This document shows positions 14,746-27,700 of a stretch of 64,000 bases of DNA, in pieces. Both the position numbers and the translations under genes were made by a program. The stretch comes from Iphione sp. A-MEVVRFRX5 (Eukaryota), in NCBI GenBank assembly GCA_976226885.1, contig OZ320315.1:47988001-48052000 (forward strand), read 5' to 3'. The notes beneath the pieces were generated by a model. That model was given only the letters and a program-made list of their open reading frames with translations, was not told where the DNA came from and searched no databases. Each line of letters starts with the position of its first letter. The stretch's first letter is position 1.

Positions 14746-17700
14746 CTATTTTATGCAAATAATATGCAAATTACGTTACATTTTAAGAAATGATATTTTT
14801 AAAAAAATGTTTATACTTTTATTTCCCCTGGCTACAAATAAACCCAGGCCATAACAGATAGTAAAGTAAAGTTCATGTTGTTGGTTCCATTAACAAAGAA
14901 AGCAATACTGAATAATCATTACAATAAAATGTATGATTGGATTAACCATAAATATATTGAACTATATGTTAAAGCACTTAACCTATGTTATGTGCCAATT
15001 CATTCCCAGCCTGCATGAAGTGGCAGGGTCCAATCAGCTAGTCTGCCACTGGGAGGGGGGGTGCAGGTCCAGGCAGTCCGTGTACATGGGAACAATGGAG
15101 GGATCGCCAGTAGTAGAAAGAACCCGTTACAGAACTAATGTTTACCGTTATAATAGATAATGTCTGGAAATACAGCAAGCTGATTGGTGAAGATTCTATT
15201 ATGACAAAACAAATAGTGTAAAAACGTAATGGTGTCTGGCGATTTGTCCATTCTATTAAGACACCCTATAGCGGTCTCCCCACTGTCCCTACCACCGGGG
15301 CCAGGTCCCAGTAACCTGCGTCCATGGGGATAGCACCTAAGGAGAACATGGGCATTATTGATGCCATTACCTGAGCCTTTCGTTACGTAGTTCTTGTCTT
15401 GACCGAAAAGTGTTGATTGATATTTTTGGTCATGATACGGCGCACCTTTGGGTAATGTCATTTTCATGTCACTCCGTAAAGACGACCACAAGCATTTAGG
15501 TCCCCTTTACGAGTACAGGATTTCATTGGAAGACTTCTGAAAGGTGATATGTTTTTACACTCTCTTTGTTTTGCTGAATTTACCTGTCCAGGTTACCGTT
15601 TACTTTTGAATGCAAGAAAATAATATCAGACTTGTATACCGTGTTTGTGTAAAGCTGAAACATTCGCGCGTATATCGCATCTTTTAATAATTGGTATTTA
15701 TGTGTCTGTACCTTCGCTTTGATTCGACGCCCCACATGTCTTCCGCATACGACAGGCTAGTACCCCAGTTCAGCGGAAGCTCAGGATTTAATTTCCTGAC
15801 CACAGATAATCAGGTCAAGTGTCTGCATCTCTCTTGACTCCACAATGTCAAGTGCTGTTCTACCACAGACCGGCGTAAAGCATGTGTCTGCCGGAAGCAA
15901 ATGAGAGCCAATTCTGACGGGGAACGTCGATATTACCGCCCAGTTGAGTCGACAGCAAATGGAATCTAACTGGCTCGGGATCGACGCTGGCTTAGCGTTG
16001 ATCCCCTCAGCTGGCGATAGCGGGTTCGAGGAGGCTGCCGATGCTAGCTGTAAAGGCAGCATAAAAGGTGTCGGAGCAGGCGGTGAATGCTGGTCTCGCA
16101 CAGCTTAATTGGCTTTGGTAATGAGTTAAGATGTTCAGTTGATTACAACTTATTTTTGAACAGTAATTCCAAACGACGATAAGAAAATAGGCGGAAAGTG
16201 CGTAGTAATATTTCCAAAAGTCGGCCTTCAAATATAGAACGAGCTGAGTGGTGACTGCCATCCTGGTTATACAAGAAAACCCAATGAAAATCCTCTTTAA
16301 ATGAAGCGAATTCTATCACCATGGCAACTGTATTTGCCTCATTCGGAATACTTAAGATAAATTTGCCATGTGGCTTGTGGTATCCTCCTCTCATTGCTTC
16401 TGCCGTCTGGGATCAAGCCCCGGCACAGCCTGATGTTGGCGGCCTAACAGATCCGCATCTACATTGATATTACCTCAAACTGTGCTGTCATCCTTCACAG
16501 GGTCCCCTTTAGATCCCGTAGGCTCTCTCTCTCCGCGATTCTCTCAGGAAGCATTAGGGTTATGCGCACACTTGCCGACACACAACCAGGTGAATTCATG
16601 CATAACGCCACAAAGGGACAACTTAATGCACGAAAGCCATATTGGCCATTTCTGTCCTTGCCGTAACTTCCGAATGCGATCGTCAACCTATGATTAATGC
16701 CAACCCATATATTTAAAACACGGAACTAGTGGTACAGGATGAAATACGCTTGACACTGGGATGAGACAGGACCACAAGGATGATTAATTATGGAAAGAAT
16801 TTTGCCAGAGGCCAAACGTACATTTTTTCGCCTAAGCAGAAGGGAAATAATGATACCATCATATTTAATCAATACCAACTCTTCTTTTATATGTAGAGCC
16901 TTATGTACGACTCAATGCATCTGTGAATTTTCCTTTGTGATGGTGAGCCTCCACAGAATAAAATACTAAACATAATACATTTTCGCATAGATGTATCCAT
17001 GAAAAGGTTCATCTAAAGAGGATTTTTCGTCTTTTGTTTCCTCCGAACATCTGATGAGATAAATGTCAAGGACGTCGGGAAAAAACCCTTTGATGCCGGT
17101 TTTTGCATTAACCTTTTTTTCATTGCGGTTTTATCCCTGGGCGTGGATCTTTCTGCATCGTTAATACCTGTCGTCGAAAAAGGAAAATTTCAACCTGCCT
17201 TCAAGTACATAAACCTTAAACATAACGTGCACGGAGTGCGTGTATTTCAGTGACCTTGCCAGCACGTTTCTTCCATCAAATTATCGACATAAATGAATTT
17301 GCACTTTCAAGGTTTTTGTCCGACGATGTTAAAAAAAGTAAATTGCAATATTCGTGTTGCAATTTGGGGATTTCACTGGAGGCTCCCAAATAAGTCTTGA
17401 TGGAAGGCAGATTTTGGAGGAATCGATCCGCTGCATCCCGTGCAATTTTTCTAACTGCTGCCCTCCTGCCCACGAATTGTCCCTAGCCAGCAATTCCCGA
17501 GCCAAGATACAATGGGGAGCAGGTTCTCACTGACGAACGATTGTTCGTTTCTGGCACCCCGCCTGCTAGGGCGAGGCAAGGCCATTGCTGAAGAAAGAGG
17601 AGCGAGCGAAAGGAGAGGATGAGGTCCTCCACTGACAGTCCCACCGCCCACGTGGTCTCCGAGGGGTAGTAACTGCCAGGAACAGCTAATCGTACCAGTT

Positions 17701-18050
17701 ACCAGACACAAGCAGAGGCCGTCCCTAATATCGTTCGTAGTTTATGTGTCAGGTGCAGACAGGGCTCTCGCATTTTATAACTTAAATTCAATCATCGATG
17801 TGGAAGTGAAGGGGGAAAATTAATGAAGATACAAGACATGTTGCTTTATGTGTGCACCAAAGGTGAACGTGATTCTATCCCTGGTTGTACAGGTGACATA
17901 ACTCTTAAAGACAAGGTTTAATTTGTTGAACGTATGTTTTTTAATCCTCCTCAAATGACTAAATCGGGTTCTTTGCTTTCCCAAGCAGGTCTCTGAAATT
18001 AGGTTTATATTTCCATATTGTTATTCAACTTATCTTTGTAAGAGCGGATC

Positions 18051-18072
18051 TATATATATATATATATATATA
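18051..18072. repeat. (TA)11 microsatellite
   Basis: Perfect dinucleotide run read directly. Confidence 0.97.
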
Positions 18073-21000
18073 CAAAGCCTGTCGATACAAAGGCCACTGT
18101 GTGTATCAAGACAGCCAGTTGCTGTTTTTATGGAATACTTCAAAGTGATCTTCTCAGGAATAGTCATGGTCTGATATGAATGCGTCCTCCACCTACAGAG
18201 AGCTTGACGCACTTCAAGAGCAGACGTTAAACCTACCCCTCCTTTGCTCCCAGCTTCCACATTTCGCCAAGCTTGTATTGTCAATAGAAGCATCTAGCTC
18301 CTGCTTCCATTAGGGCTGAGTTCAAAGGGTACTAATGGGCATCGCTCACCCTCCTCTGCAGTCTCGAAGAGACGGGCATTTTGAAGGGCCACAGGAGAGG
18401 ATTGTGTATATTCGTTTTATTCAAATCAAATCTTTGTCCTGCGGCATTGCTGGGCAGAACGTGAAAACTAGGGTTTTATAGATACAAGGTGTTTCAATAA
18501 TGGCTTTCGAACGAGGGATGAGGAGCAGATTTACCTCTCGCCACACCCAAATCTTCTTTCAATGCGACAAGATAAGAACGAAGAAAACACTCTGACTTTT
18601 TGCCGAAACCCACCTAGCCATCATCTAAAAGCCGACCAAGCCCTACGCCATCATACAGCGGTCGTGGCATCAAGTCGACCATAGCAAAGTGGCTTCGCTG
18701 CGGTATTGAAGTAGCTCAATGGTTGTAGCGAAGTGGCTTCACGGCCGAGTTTCCTGTCACTGACAGCGCGTGTTAACATGACGTCGAGCTCGCCGCACGA
18801 CTGTTGACGCGGCCAATGATTGGCTGCTCAAGGCCACGTGCGTAGAAAATGTCCCCAGGCATTAAAGGAGGACACAACATCGTCCAACCCAGTAAAACCT
18901 AGATTTAGGTTTATTGACGGCCCAATAGAAAGATGTTGCCGTTACCATTTGCTCTAGAGTCTGATGCACCGGCAACAATTTTATACGAAAAAAGCATAGG
19001 AGGAGACGATGATATTGGTGAATTCTTATCGGTACAGACCGCATTGTAGAGGTGCAAGGCCGACGTGTGCTGATGAAAAACATCTCTATACTGCCTTATT
19101 CACCAGCTGCTTCTACATTTCCTTACGTTCTTTATGGTATGCTAATAAATTATGCACCACATACTATCGTTAGGAGAATGTTGCCAGTGAAGACATCTTC
19201 TAAATGGGAGACGGCGAGGCCGTATGGAGAAGGCCATGCCTTTCTATTATGAATAGTGTTCGTAACGTGGGATTCAGATCAATTACACGGCATACAATGA
19301 AGTACAAGCAGACAATGCTCAGTAAAACTGTCCCTCATCCTCTGGCGACATCCCAATGCACTTTCTTTTTGTGTGTTTACTCTTAGTCTTTAACCTAATA
19401 GTGACGGTAATGTCAAATTGATGTTTCTCACTAGAAGCCAGGGGCTAGGGGTTCTTGTATATCTATAACCATAGAAGACAGGGCCCTATTGAAAAGATTC
19501 CTAGAAACGAAATTTAAACAGAATCATACATCAAGGCACCTATATTTCATGGCATATCAGGTTGAAATTCGAATGAAAAAACGTATCAATACAATATCGC
19601 CTCACATACTGTGAATCTGTCTTACTAGAATGATAGATCATGTCCTGGCCCTGGAAGGTATTGAGGCATTGCATGCTCTTGTTTTGGAATGCCTCAAGGC
19701 ATTACCCGCCCTCATTGGGTTAAGCTGATATCTTATTCTATCATCTGACTAAAAGATATCCCTTATTATTGAAACAGAAGAACATATCTCATTGATAGAT
19801 GTACTCGTTTCGTTTATTATAGTATCGCATCATACAGGCATTTACAAGTAACGCCCACGAAGACTCGAGATGGAAGGCTACGAACTGATGAAATGTATGC
19901 AAAGTAGGAAAGTCGCGATTTACAATCGGATCACTGATTTTCCCATCCATCATCTCTATGTAAAACCATAACCTCTTCCATCTTATTTCATACCGTATGC
20001 TTAGCCCCGTGTAGCTATGAAAGATCAGAGTGCCACACAGATAAGTTGCGTGTTGCGCGAAGAATGTTAATGCAAAAACTGTCAGCGGAAACATTCCAAA
20101 AGTAAAAAGCAACATAACCGTCATTCTTTCATGCGGAGAAGCACCTGAATTTATGCTAAACTGGAATGCAACTGATGAATGTTGTAGTTACATTCTCCTT
20201 TAAACAAGTTCCATTCAGGTCATATCATTTATATTTATTTTCAGATTAATGAATGAATTTGTACTCTTTCAAAATATACTCTTTAAAATGCCAACATCAT
20301 CATTATAGCAGTATATTGTGAGTGATATTTCATCATGTTTCATATGACCCCAGGCAAACTACAATGTCCCGGGATGATAGATACATGTACATTTCTTTTC
20401 AACGGTCTGTCCATTAGGTGGCTTCCATCTGCGTGTGCATCTGTGAGCGGTGTAAGAGTGCATAAAGATAAATGTTATACATGCCTCTGAAACAAGACCG
20501 TGGTGAAATTTCCATCATGACGAATTTCCCAAGCCCTGTTTAGATACGTCTCTCAGTACACATTTATATACGAATCAAAATGTTTCAGACAAAAGCAAAA
20601 TGGCGGAAGGAACCCACACAATCGTCGGCATCAGAATGAATATACATATATTCCACATACATATGCTGTTGGTTAGTCTCTGACACACCTATCACTAGCT
20701 GTTGTTGATATGTCTTAAAGTGGAGAGCTTTAAGTTTCCACAGGAAATACATCAGCCTTTCGTTCCGTCTTTATTTCTTAGAACCTTACTTTACAATGGG
20801 AGGCCGGTTTATTTCAGAACTGATTGTTCTGTATGATTCTAAAGGTAGCACCATTTTAAGCCAATTCCGTCCCCCCAAAATGGGATGGGATTAGCTTCAT
20901 CAATTAAAATTCTTAAAAGTCTGAAGATATTGTACACAATGATACACAATCTTGTGAGAGCAGTTTTAAATAAGATGGATGGTTTCTAGGAAATGGCAGC

Positions 21001-21399
21001 ACCGATATAAAGCGGACTGCCACTTCATTGGTGAATGCGTCACGTGGTCCTAGACGTCCCTCCAGCAACCGAAACACAGTTTCTGATGTTGTCCCAAATG
21101 CATATTGCTATCTCATCAAAACGGCTTTCGATTAAATTGACTGTTCCGGAAAGCCGACACTTAAGTGGGAAAGATCATATGTCAATATAAATAGGATCCA
21201 CACGAACCATTCCGTTTAGAGCCAATGCCTTCAAACATCTGTCAAGAAACATGGTTACGATTCGCAACTTTGAAATTGCGCTATGACGCGACCGATATGT
21301 ATTGGAAATGGATGCCTCAGGTTGATATCTCCGAAACGATTTTCATTTGAGATGGATTTCTCACACCAAGAGGATATAGTCCTTACATTATTTTTGTTT

Positions 21400-21800
21400 C
21401 AATAGGAATTGAAGAGGATTCAAAGAGATTGTTTCCCCTAGTCTCATGTGCGCAACCCGTAGTTTACGTGGAGCATTCCTAGCTAGTTTGAGTGTGATCC
21501 AGGTGGGCATTATAGTTTGTGTGGGGATGTTTTGCCGCGGGTAAGATTAGGATACTGCCGGTGAGATGCGGCGACTTGCTTAAGGCCAGGTGTGTTTGAT
21601 CAGGCAGGTAATGGAGTAGTCCTGTTGTGATCCCCGTAAGCCCGAGAGGAGGCGCCACTGTTTCCCAGAGCCCCATACATTCACAGCGATATCTCCTCAC
21701 ACGCCGGAACTGGGCTCAATCGCTTCGCCCGCTTCTTCCTTTCGGCCAAAATTCCTAAGTGACCTGCCGCCTAATATGCAAAGATGAGATATACTTCACC
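21400..21800 (-). mobile_element. Possible decayed C-terminal fragment of a CR1-like ORF2
   Basis: Minus-strand pieces ILG..QDYS..TPGL..RNAPRKLRVAHMR resemble post-RT regions of CR1-like elements. Frameshifted. Confidence 0.25.
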
Positions 21801-24659
21801 ATACCTCATTGGGAATGCTTTCTTCTCTAACCATTGCTAGAGGCTCGCTCCGGTCAAATACGGGGTCACTAGACATCAAAGTGGAAATCAGCAGCCACGA
21901 GCGAGGTTAAGGGGAGACCCGTTCTCCGGGGAACGTTTTGCTGTGAGGACGACGCGCTTAATAAACTAGCAGCAATTGAAGCACGGCAGGTGTTCGGACG
22001 ACCGCAGACTCGGGGGACTAAATTATAACAGAAAGCAGGCCAGGTTAAGATGGGCAGACGGGAGATCAGGGGTCGGTGAATACAAAATGCAGTAATGATG
22101 ACGTCCGACTCATCGGCTGTCCCTTGGTGACTTATTGCAGACCTGCCAGAGGCACAGTTTCATTCTCAAGAAGGCCAGCTGTCATTTCAATGCCCTCAGA
22201 TGCCAGAGGGAGGTGCAGTGTACTTCTGTCATGTATGCTTGGAGGAAAAACCTCAGACGTCAAGAGTTTATCCTATTAGATGTAGACGGTAAATGGAAGC
22301 CTCTCCTCACTACAATGAATTAACAAAGAACGATGTCGAGTGACTTAATGTAATAAGGACTGCTTCGCAAGGTCATTCTCATTTGTGGCAAAACCCGAGC
22401 TTTCACTGAGCTGAATTCTAATTCGAAAGGCCGATATATTGGCTTAAGGTAGGTAAGTACATGTACATGTAATGTATTACACAGGGCGCACATTCTTCTC
22501 CTGAAAATATGTCTTTGCTGAGGAACGGCTCACTTTGCGCCAGTCTCTGTTGTCGCCGGAAAAAGAAGGATCCCGTAACGCTTCCTCCTCTTCGGTTCCA
22601 AGGTAGATAAGCTTTTAACGCGAGGCCAATATCCTGTTTGTGACGGCGTGACGCCTGCGAGGAGAGCAGTGTGATTACATTTTCGACACCGCGGAGACAA
22701 CGCCACGGGGTACTCAAAGTCTTTTTTAAGGAATCTCTTGATAATGTGCCTTTCTGGTGTACAATGAATCCTCTGTTACGGCATGGTAGTTATTGCATGT
22801 GCGTTCCTCTCGTGTACCATTGATATTCACATACGTCTATAATTGCTGGCTTCGATTTTCTGACGATGGGGTCTACCACTTTGATATGATAAGAGCGATG
22901 TAAGCAAAAGGCAACTCTATCTTCATATACGGATGGAGCGACAGACTATGATTTAAACTTTACACGACTAAGAGACAGTTCCACGGACAACGTATGGCAT
23001 AGTATCTCTACTAAATAGTAAAGTCTCTTGCTGCATTTACTCTCGCTGTTTGCGATTTAGGTTTTCAACTTTTGCTACAGGCTTTTCCTGATGCTATCAA
23101 CTTTCACATTTTGTTCTGCTGACCCGAAGGTTGATAGAAAGCTCTTTTAAACGAATTTGTAATGTCTGCTCCTGTATTTCCCTACAGCATCGGAAAAATA
23201 ATCTTCATTTATTCTGAATGTAATAATATGTGCGTCATTCTATATTTATCTTAGGAAAAACATCAAATAATTCTTAATTTTCAATTTGAATGTACGGCCC
23301 ACGTCTATCACGTTCGTATTTAAAAAAACAGTATACTTTATTGAGGATATTGATCTTTCAAGCGTGCTGATGGGACCTTGGAGCATTTGAGTTCCCCGAT
23401 GAGGTCTTTAGCAACGCATACTGTGTGCATCACTTCCTTTGAAGGGACCGGTCACTGTGGAGTTGTGTTGGTAGCCGGGCTACAGTTCCCTGTGGCATGA
23501 CGCTACTCATAGCATCTTTCCGCCTTTAAAAGAAGCACAATGTATGCTTCATCCATCAGACTGTGCCGGGTTTCAAAGGCTCTCCAACACTGGTATATGG
23601 AAACCAATGGTGACAGACGAGACAGGCGCAGGGGAACGCGATCCATGCTCAGCTATTTCCCCCGCCGCAACAGATGGAGAAATTCCTGCGCTAAGAGTGG
23701 TGTGCTGAGTTACAATGCAGCACAATCTATAGAAAAAAGATATTTTGTATTCCGATGGCTCAGACAAGGGAAGAGAAGCGTCGGCTAGAGGCGGGTGGGG
23801 GTTCATCACAAAGGCCAGGGATACCTAATTGATCGACGGCAAGTTTGGGAATGGATGCGCGTTGAGTTACACGTCGAGACGTACATTTATGGTAATTCTC
23901 TCACGTCTAAAATGTGAAAAGCGACTAGAAACTGTAGCCGAACATTAACACTCATGCGATCCGCTTTAATCTCGGGATTATTGATTAGAATATATATGCA
24001 TAAACCGCCCCCTTTTCACAGCAGTAGGAGCACACGTTTCGCATTTGCAGCATACTTTATGATATAATAGAGGAGAATAGGGAGACAAGTTTAATCTTCA
24101 GGCAAGATGTGTAGCTTTTGCACCATTCATAAGAATGGAGTTCCTAGTTGATATTCAGAGCTGTCCAAATATAGATGTGGGAATATGAAAAACACCATGA
24201 ATATTCACCATATTTTTGCTCAAACGCTGTTAATGAGAGGAAATAACCCTCAACAATAGCTTGGGCCATGATTTATTGCATGCAATACGACAGGAAAGCG
24301 AATCCGACACCAAACGCTTGAAATAAAAGGCCTTGCAACGCGAATGGACATAAATTAATTCTGTATTCAAAACGCCGAATGTAAGCATCACCATCTAATC
24401 ATTCACTGCATAAGCCTTGCGCTTCTTGCCAAGATCCTCTCTCTTTTGTCTATATGTGATGACAACAGCCCACTTTGGCTCTATTTAAGTGATGATACTG
24501 GGAGAATGAAACCTGATTTTACATGAAACATATACATAAGATTAACACATTACTGTGATGAATTCTTTATACTCGTCTATCCAGTCTGCGCTCATCATCT
24601 TTTTCTATTCCTTGTGCCGAAGATATAATACTCATGTGTATGCATTATTTACGTTGCAG

Positions 24660-24770
24660 GACTACTTGCTGGCGAAGCCCAAGGTCCATCCCATTCATGG
24701 AGAGGACATGGTGCGTCACATGAAAAGGGAAATGCACAAAATGCTACAAAAGAAGGTTAAAGCCATCAAG
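24660..24770 (+). CDS. CACNA2D3: alpha2delta exon, 111 nt, phase 0-0 (DYLLAKPK...KKVKAIK)
   Basis: ttgcag|GAC...AAG|gtaaat. Resembles the vertebrate 'EIDGLQLVKKLAKNMEEMFHKKSEAVR' exon. Confidence 0.88.
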
Positions 24771-27700
24771 GTAAATATACACTCTGTATCATCTACTGTC
24801 CTAGCTGTTTTTGGCATTAGGCTCTATGTCCGATCTGAAAAGAAAAATACATGTACATGAATCAATTTTCCCTACACTCTATTTAAAAAAATCATGTTTG
24901 AACCAACTCACACAAAAAAGTTATATAATATTCTGCTTTACTTTTTTAACGTCCAGAGAGCAACTGTACTGTTTTTGTATCTTCTGAAGGAAAATGAAAC
25001 CGTCTTTCATACTGTAATGAGCTTCTAACGTTTGCTGCAACAAACGGCGGATAAGAAATACCATTCATTGAGTGCAATTGCCTCATGAAACAGAAAACAG
25101 CTAAGACAGACCGCAGAATAACGGGCCGTGCAGCATTTATTTATGCTGAAATATTGTGTCCCTACACAGCTAAACCCCTCCTCTATTATTTTAATATGCT
25201 TTCCACGTCTATAAATCTCTATGTTCCGTGCCTTACTCCAGCACGTTGAGTAATTACGTTTTCCCCGTTCAATTACATCGATTCGTTATGACACATACAT
25301 ATAATTTATTACCTTAGCTTTTTCATTTATTGTCTCCACTGTAATAGTTGTTACGAAAGAAAGAAAGAAAAACTCTCTCATGTCTTTTTTTTCATTTGGT
25401 TATCAGTGAAAGCCCATTCTGGTTTGGCTAGGTTATTGCTTTGCCCTTCAAGGTCAATAAAACACATTATGCAAATATATCACAGCGTAAAGATGGGCGA
25501 GTGGCCATACTCACAACACATCGAATTGGCCGCCCTTATGAGATGCTGGCGTCGACCCACGTCAATGGCGGATAGCTTCTGTCGGGGTGCAGGAGACTGT
25601 AGGAGGGATAATCAGAGGGTTGAATGGGGCATCGATCCCAGTTGGAATGAGCATTTGGAGCTTCGGCCAGACGCTGACATGAAGAGAGCCGGACGAAAGC
25701 CCACGGCTGGTGATCGAGGCTCCTGTTGGGTTCGGAGGGGGGGAGGGGAAGGAGGGGAGGGTTGGACACAGTACGGCAAGGTTTGTTACTTTGAAAGATC
25801 CCCTTGGTGGACAAAGGCAATTTCAAGCCCGTGGTATTCTCTGGATGCCATGTATGGTTGAAATGACTGGGTGTCTTCAGAATTCATGCATAACCTGCTC
25901 ATCAGCTTCGACGAAAAGGGTTGTAGTGATCTGTTAAACATCAATAAACGTTTCTCTCTAGCTTGCAGGTTGCCCAGTACATAAAGGCTTAATAATAGCA
26001 ACTGTTATCACCACGCCCTTTCTCGGCATTTATGCTTTTAAGTTCAGGTTTCTGTGGTGTTGTGCGTTGGGATTTCCATTTTTTTCTTTTTATAATGGAC
26101 AATATATCGTCGTACCGCTGACATGTAGAACAGCTGGGACCCTGACAGTTAGTAGTCGTATCTAAAAGCGACTTTCAGAAAATATCCACCGTCAACGTCA
26201 TCCCGAGAGGCTGGTTATTGATTTTCTTGCCACTATTTTGTGATGACTGCAATAGACTAAAACAATTTATGTGGAACCATTACAATACCATGTTTTTCAT
26301 CTACACCTCTTCCTTGAAACCGCCTAAGAAATACGTCATGCTATTAATGGTACGCCGACAGATAGGTAACCGATTAGACTCACTCAACACATATACACGA
26401 CACATGAACGGATTTATGCAAGGTGCTGAGGACCAACGAACGTACCACATCAATAACCTGACGAAAGAAATATCTCTCAAACTACGTTGCCTGCAGTACA
26501 TGTCCAATTTCCATTTCTGTGACCGATGCGACAGGCATCCAGCTGTATAAGAGAATAATCCACGCGCCTGCACATGGCAGCTTGAAGTCCCTGAAGGATT
26601 TTCGTAGTCACCGAGGTAACTGACTGACGTGTCGATATGTCTGGCCGAATAGCAGCTGTACACTTTTTCGTGTAGTCGATACAATGGAAAAGATGCCCGA
26701 ATGTCTTTAATCAGACGAAACCTGACATAAGGTCGCCAAGGAAAGTTACTGTGGAGGAGAAATCCTTGTGTTAATAAACCACCAGGCGTGAGTGGAAATG
26801 AAGTAAATCTCGTGGTGATGCAGTCCTTGGCATTTGCATAGGTGAAATTGATTCCGGCGAAGAGTTGGCATCCTAGCCGATTATGAATAAGATTGTTACA
26901 TCCGGTCGCCTTGATCGGCTTTCATAACTGCTACGGTCGTTCGTAGACTACACTCTCCATAAAATTACGATGTATTCAGCAGATTAGCCAATATACCTGG
27001 ATGTCAAAATAGTCAGCTTTGAAGTAAAGTACATTGTAGGTAGGAAGTGCGGAACCGTATTAAAAGCGAGTTGGCTCTTGATATGTCTTTGTCAGTGTCA
27101 AGTGTCTTGGGAATCTCAAACTAAAACAGCGTGTTGAAAAATGAATTCTTACAGTAAAAATAGGGACGGCTACTTTATATAATATGCTAAGACCGTTTGA
27201 CAACGACGAAATATTTCTACGAAATGCTTCCTCTTATCGGTGACACACTGGCCAATTGTCCGTCATGTGTGCGGTTAAAACGTATAGTTTGGGTCAGCCT
27301 TTTTGGTGGGTTGTGAACTAGATGGCCTTCAGGGCTCCGCCCCTTCAGAGATGTCAGTGACTATGGAAGGTAATGGAGGCTGTCTCAAATCAAATTACAC
27401 CCCGTAGCGACGGAAACAGGCGCTGCTCCTTTCAGTACCTTTCTGAAAGTCGCACGTTCAAGAGCTGCTCTGATGCCGTAAAGCTGTTAAGTCCCGCCTG
27501 ACTTGCTCCCATCCTAATTTGCTCACGATTGGTCCTACTGGACCGTGCCTTCACTCCAGCTACGCCTTCATCGTCAGGGTCACAATTAAATTCTGCGACC
27601 TTCCTTTAAGGTGCTAGTCAAGATGGTTCCTGGAGTGAAGGTCACATATGTATAAGTGTGTTTGGCCAGCGTTCTGTGCGTCTAATGTATTTATCTCCCC

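Noticed and set aside
18711-18760. tRNA A-box-like GTAGCTCAATGGT
   Set aside because: No B box and no cloverleaf. At most a decayed SINE head.
18862-20202. TTAA-AGGAG...CTCCT-TTAA as a Kolobok-like element
   Set aside because: Only 5 bp of inverted match, which is expected by chance.
1-24659. Upstream alpha2delta exons (signal peptide and the 'VKxWA..FG' exon), including an IRQW-starting candidate at 7767
   Set aside because: No segment had the right phase, length and similarity. The 7767 candidate has the wrong phase and no further match. These exons are probably upstream of the window.
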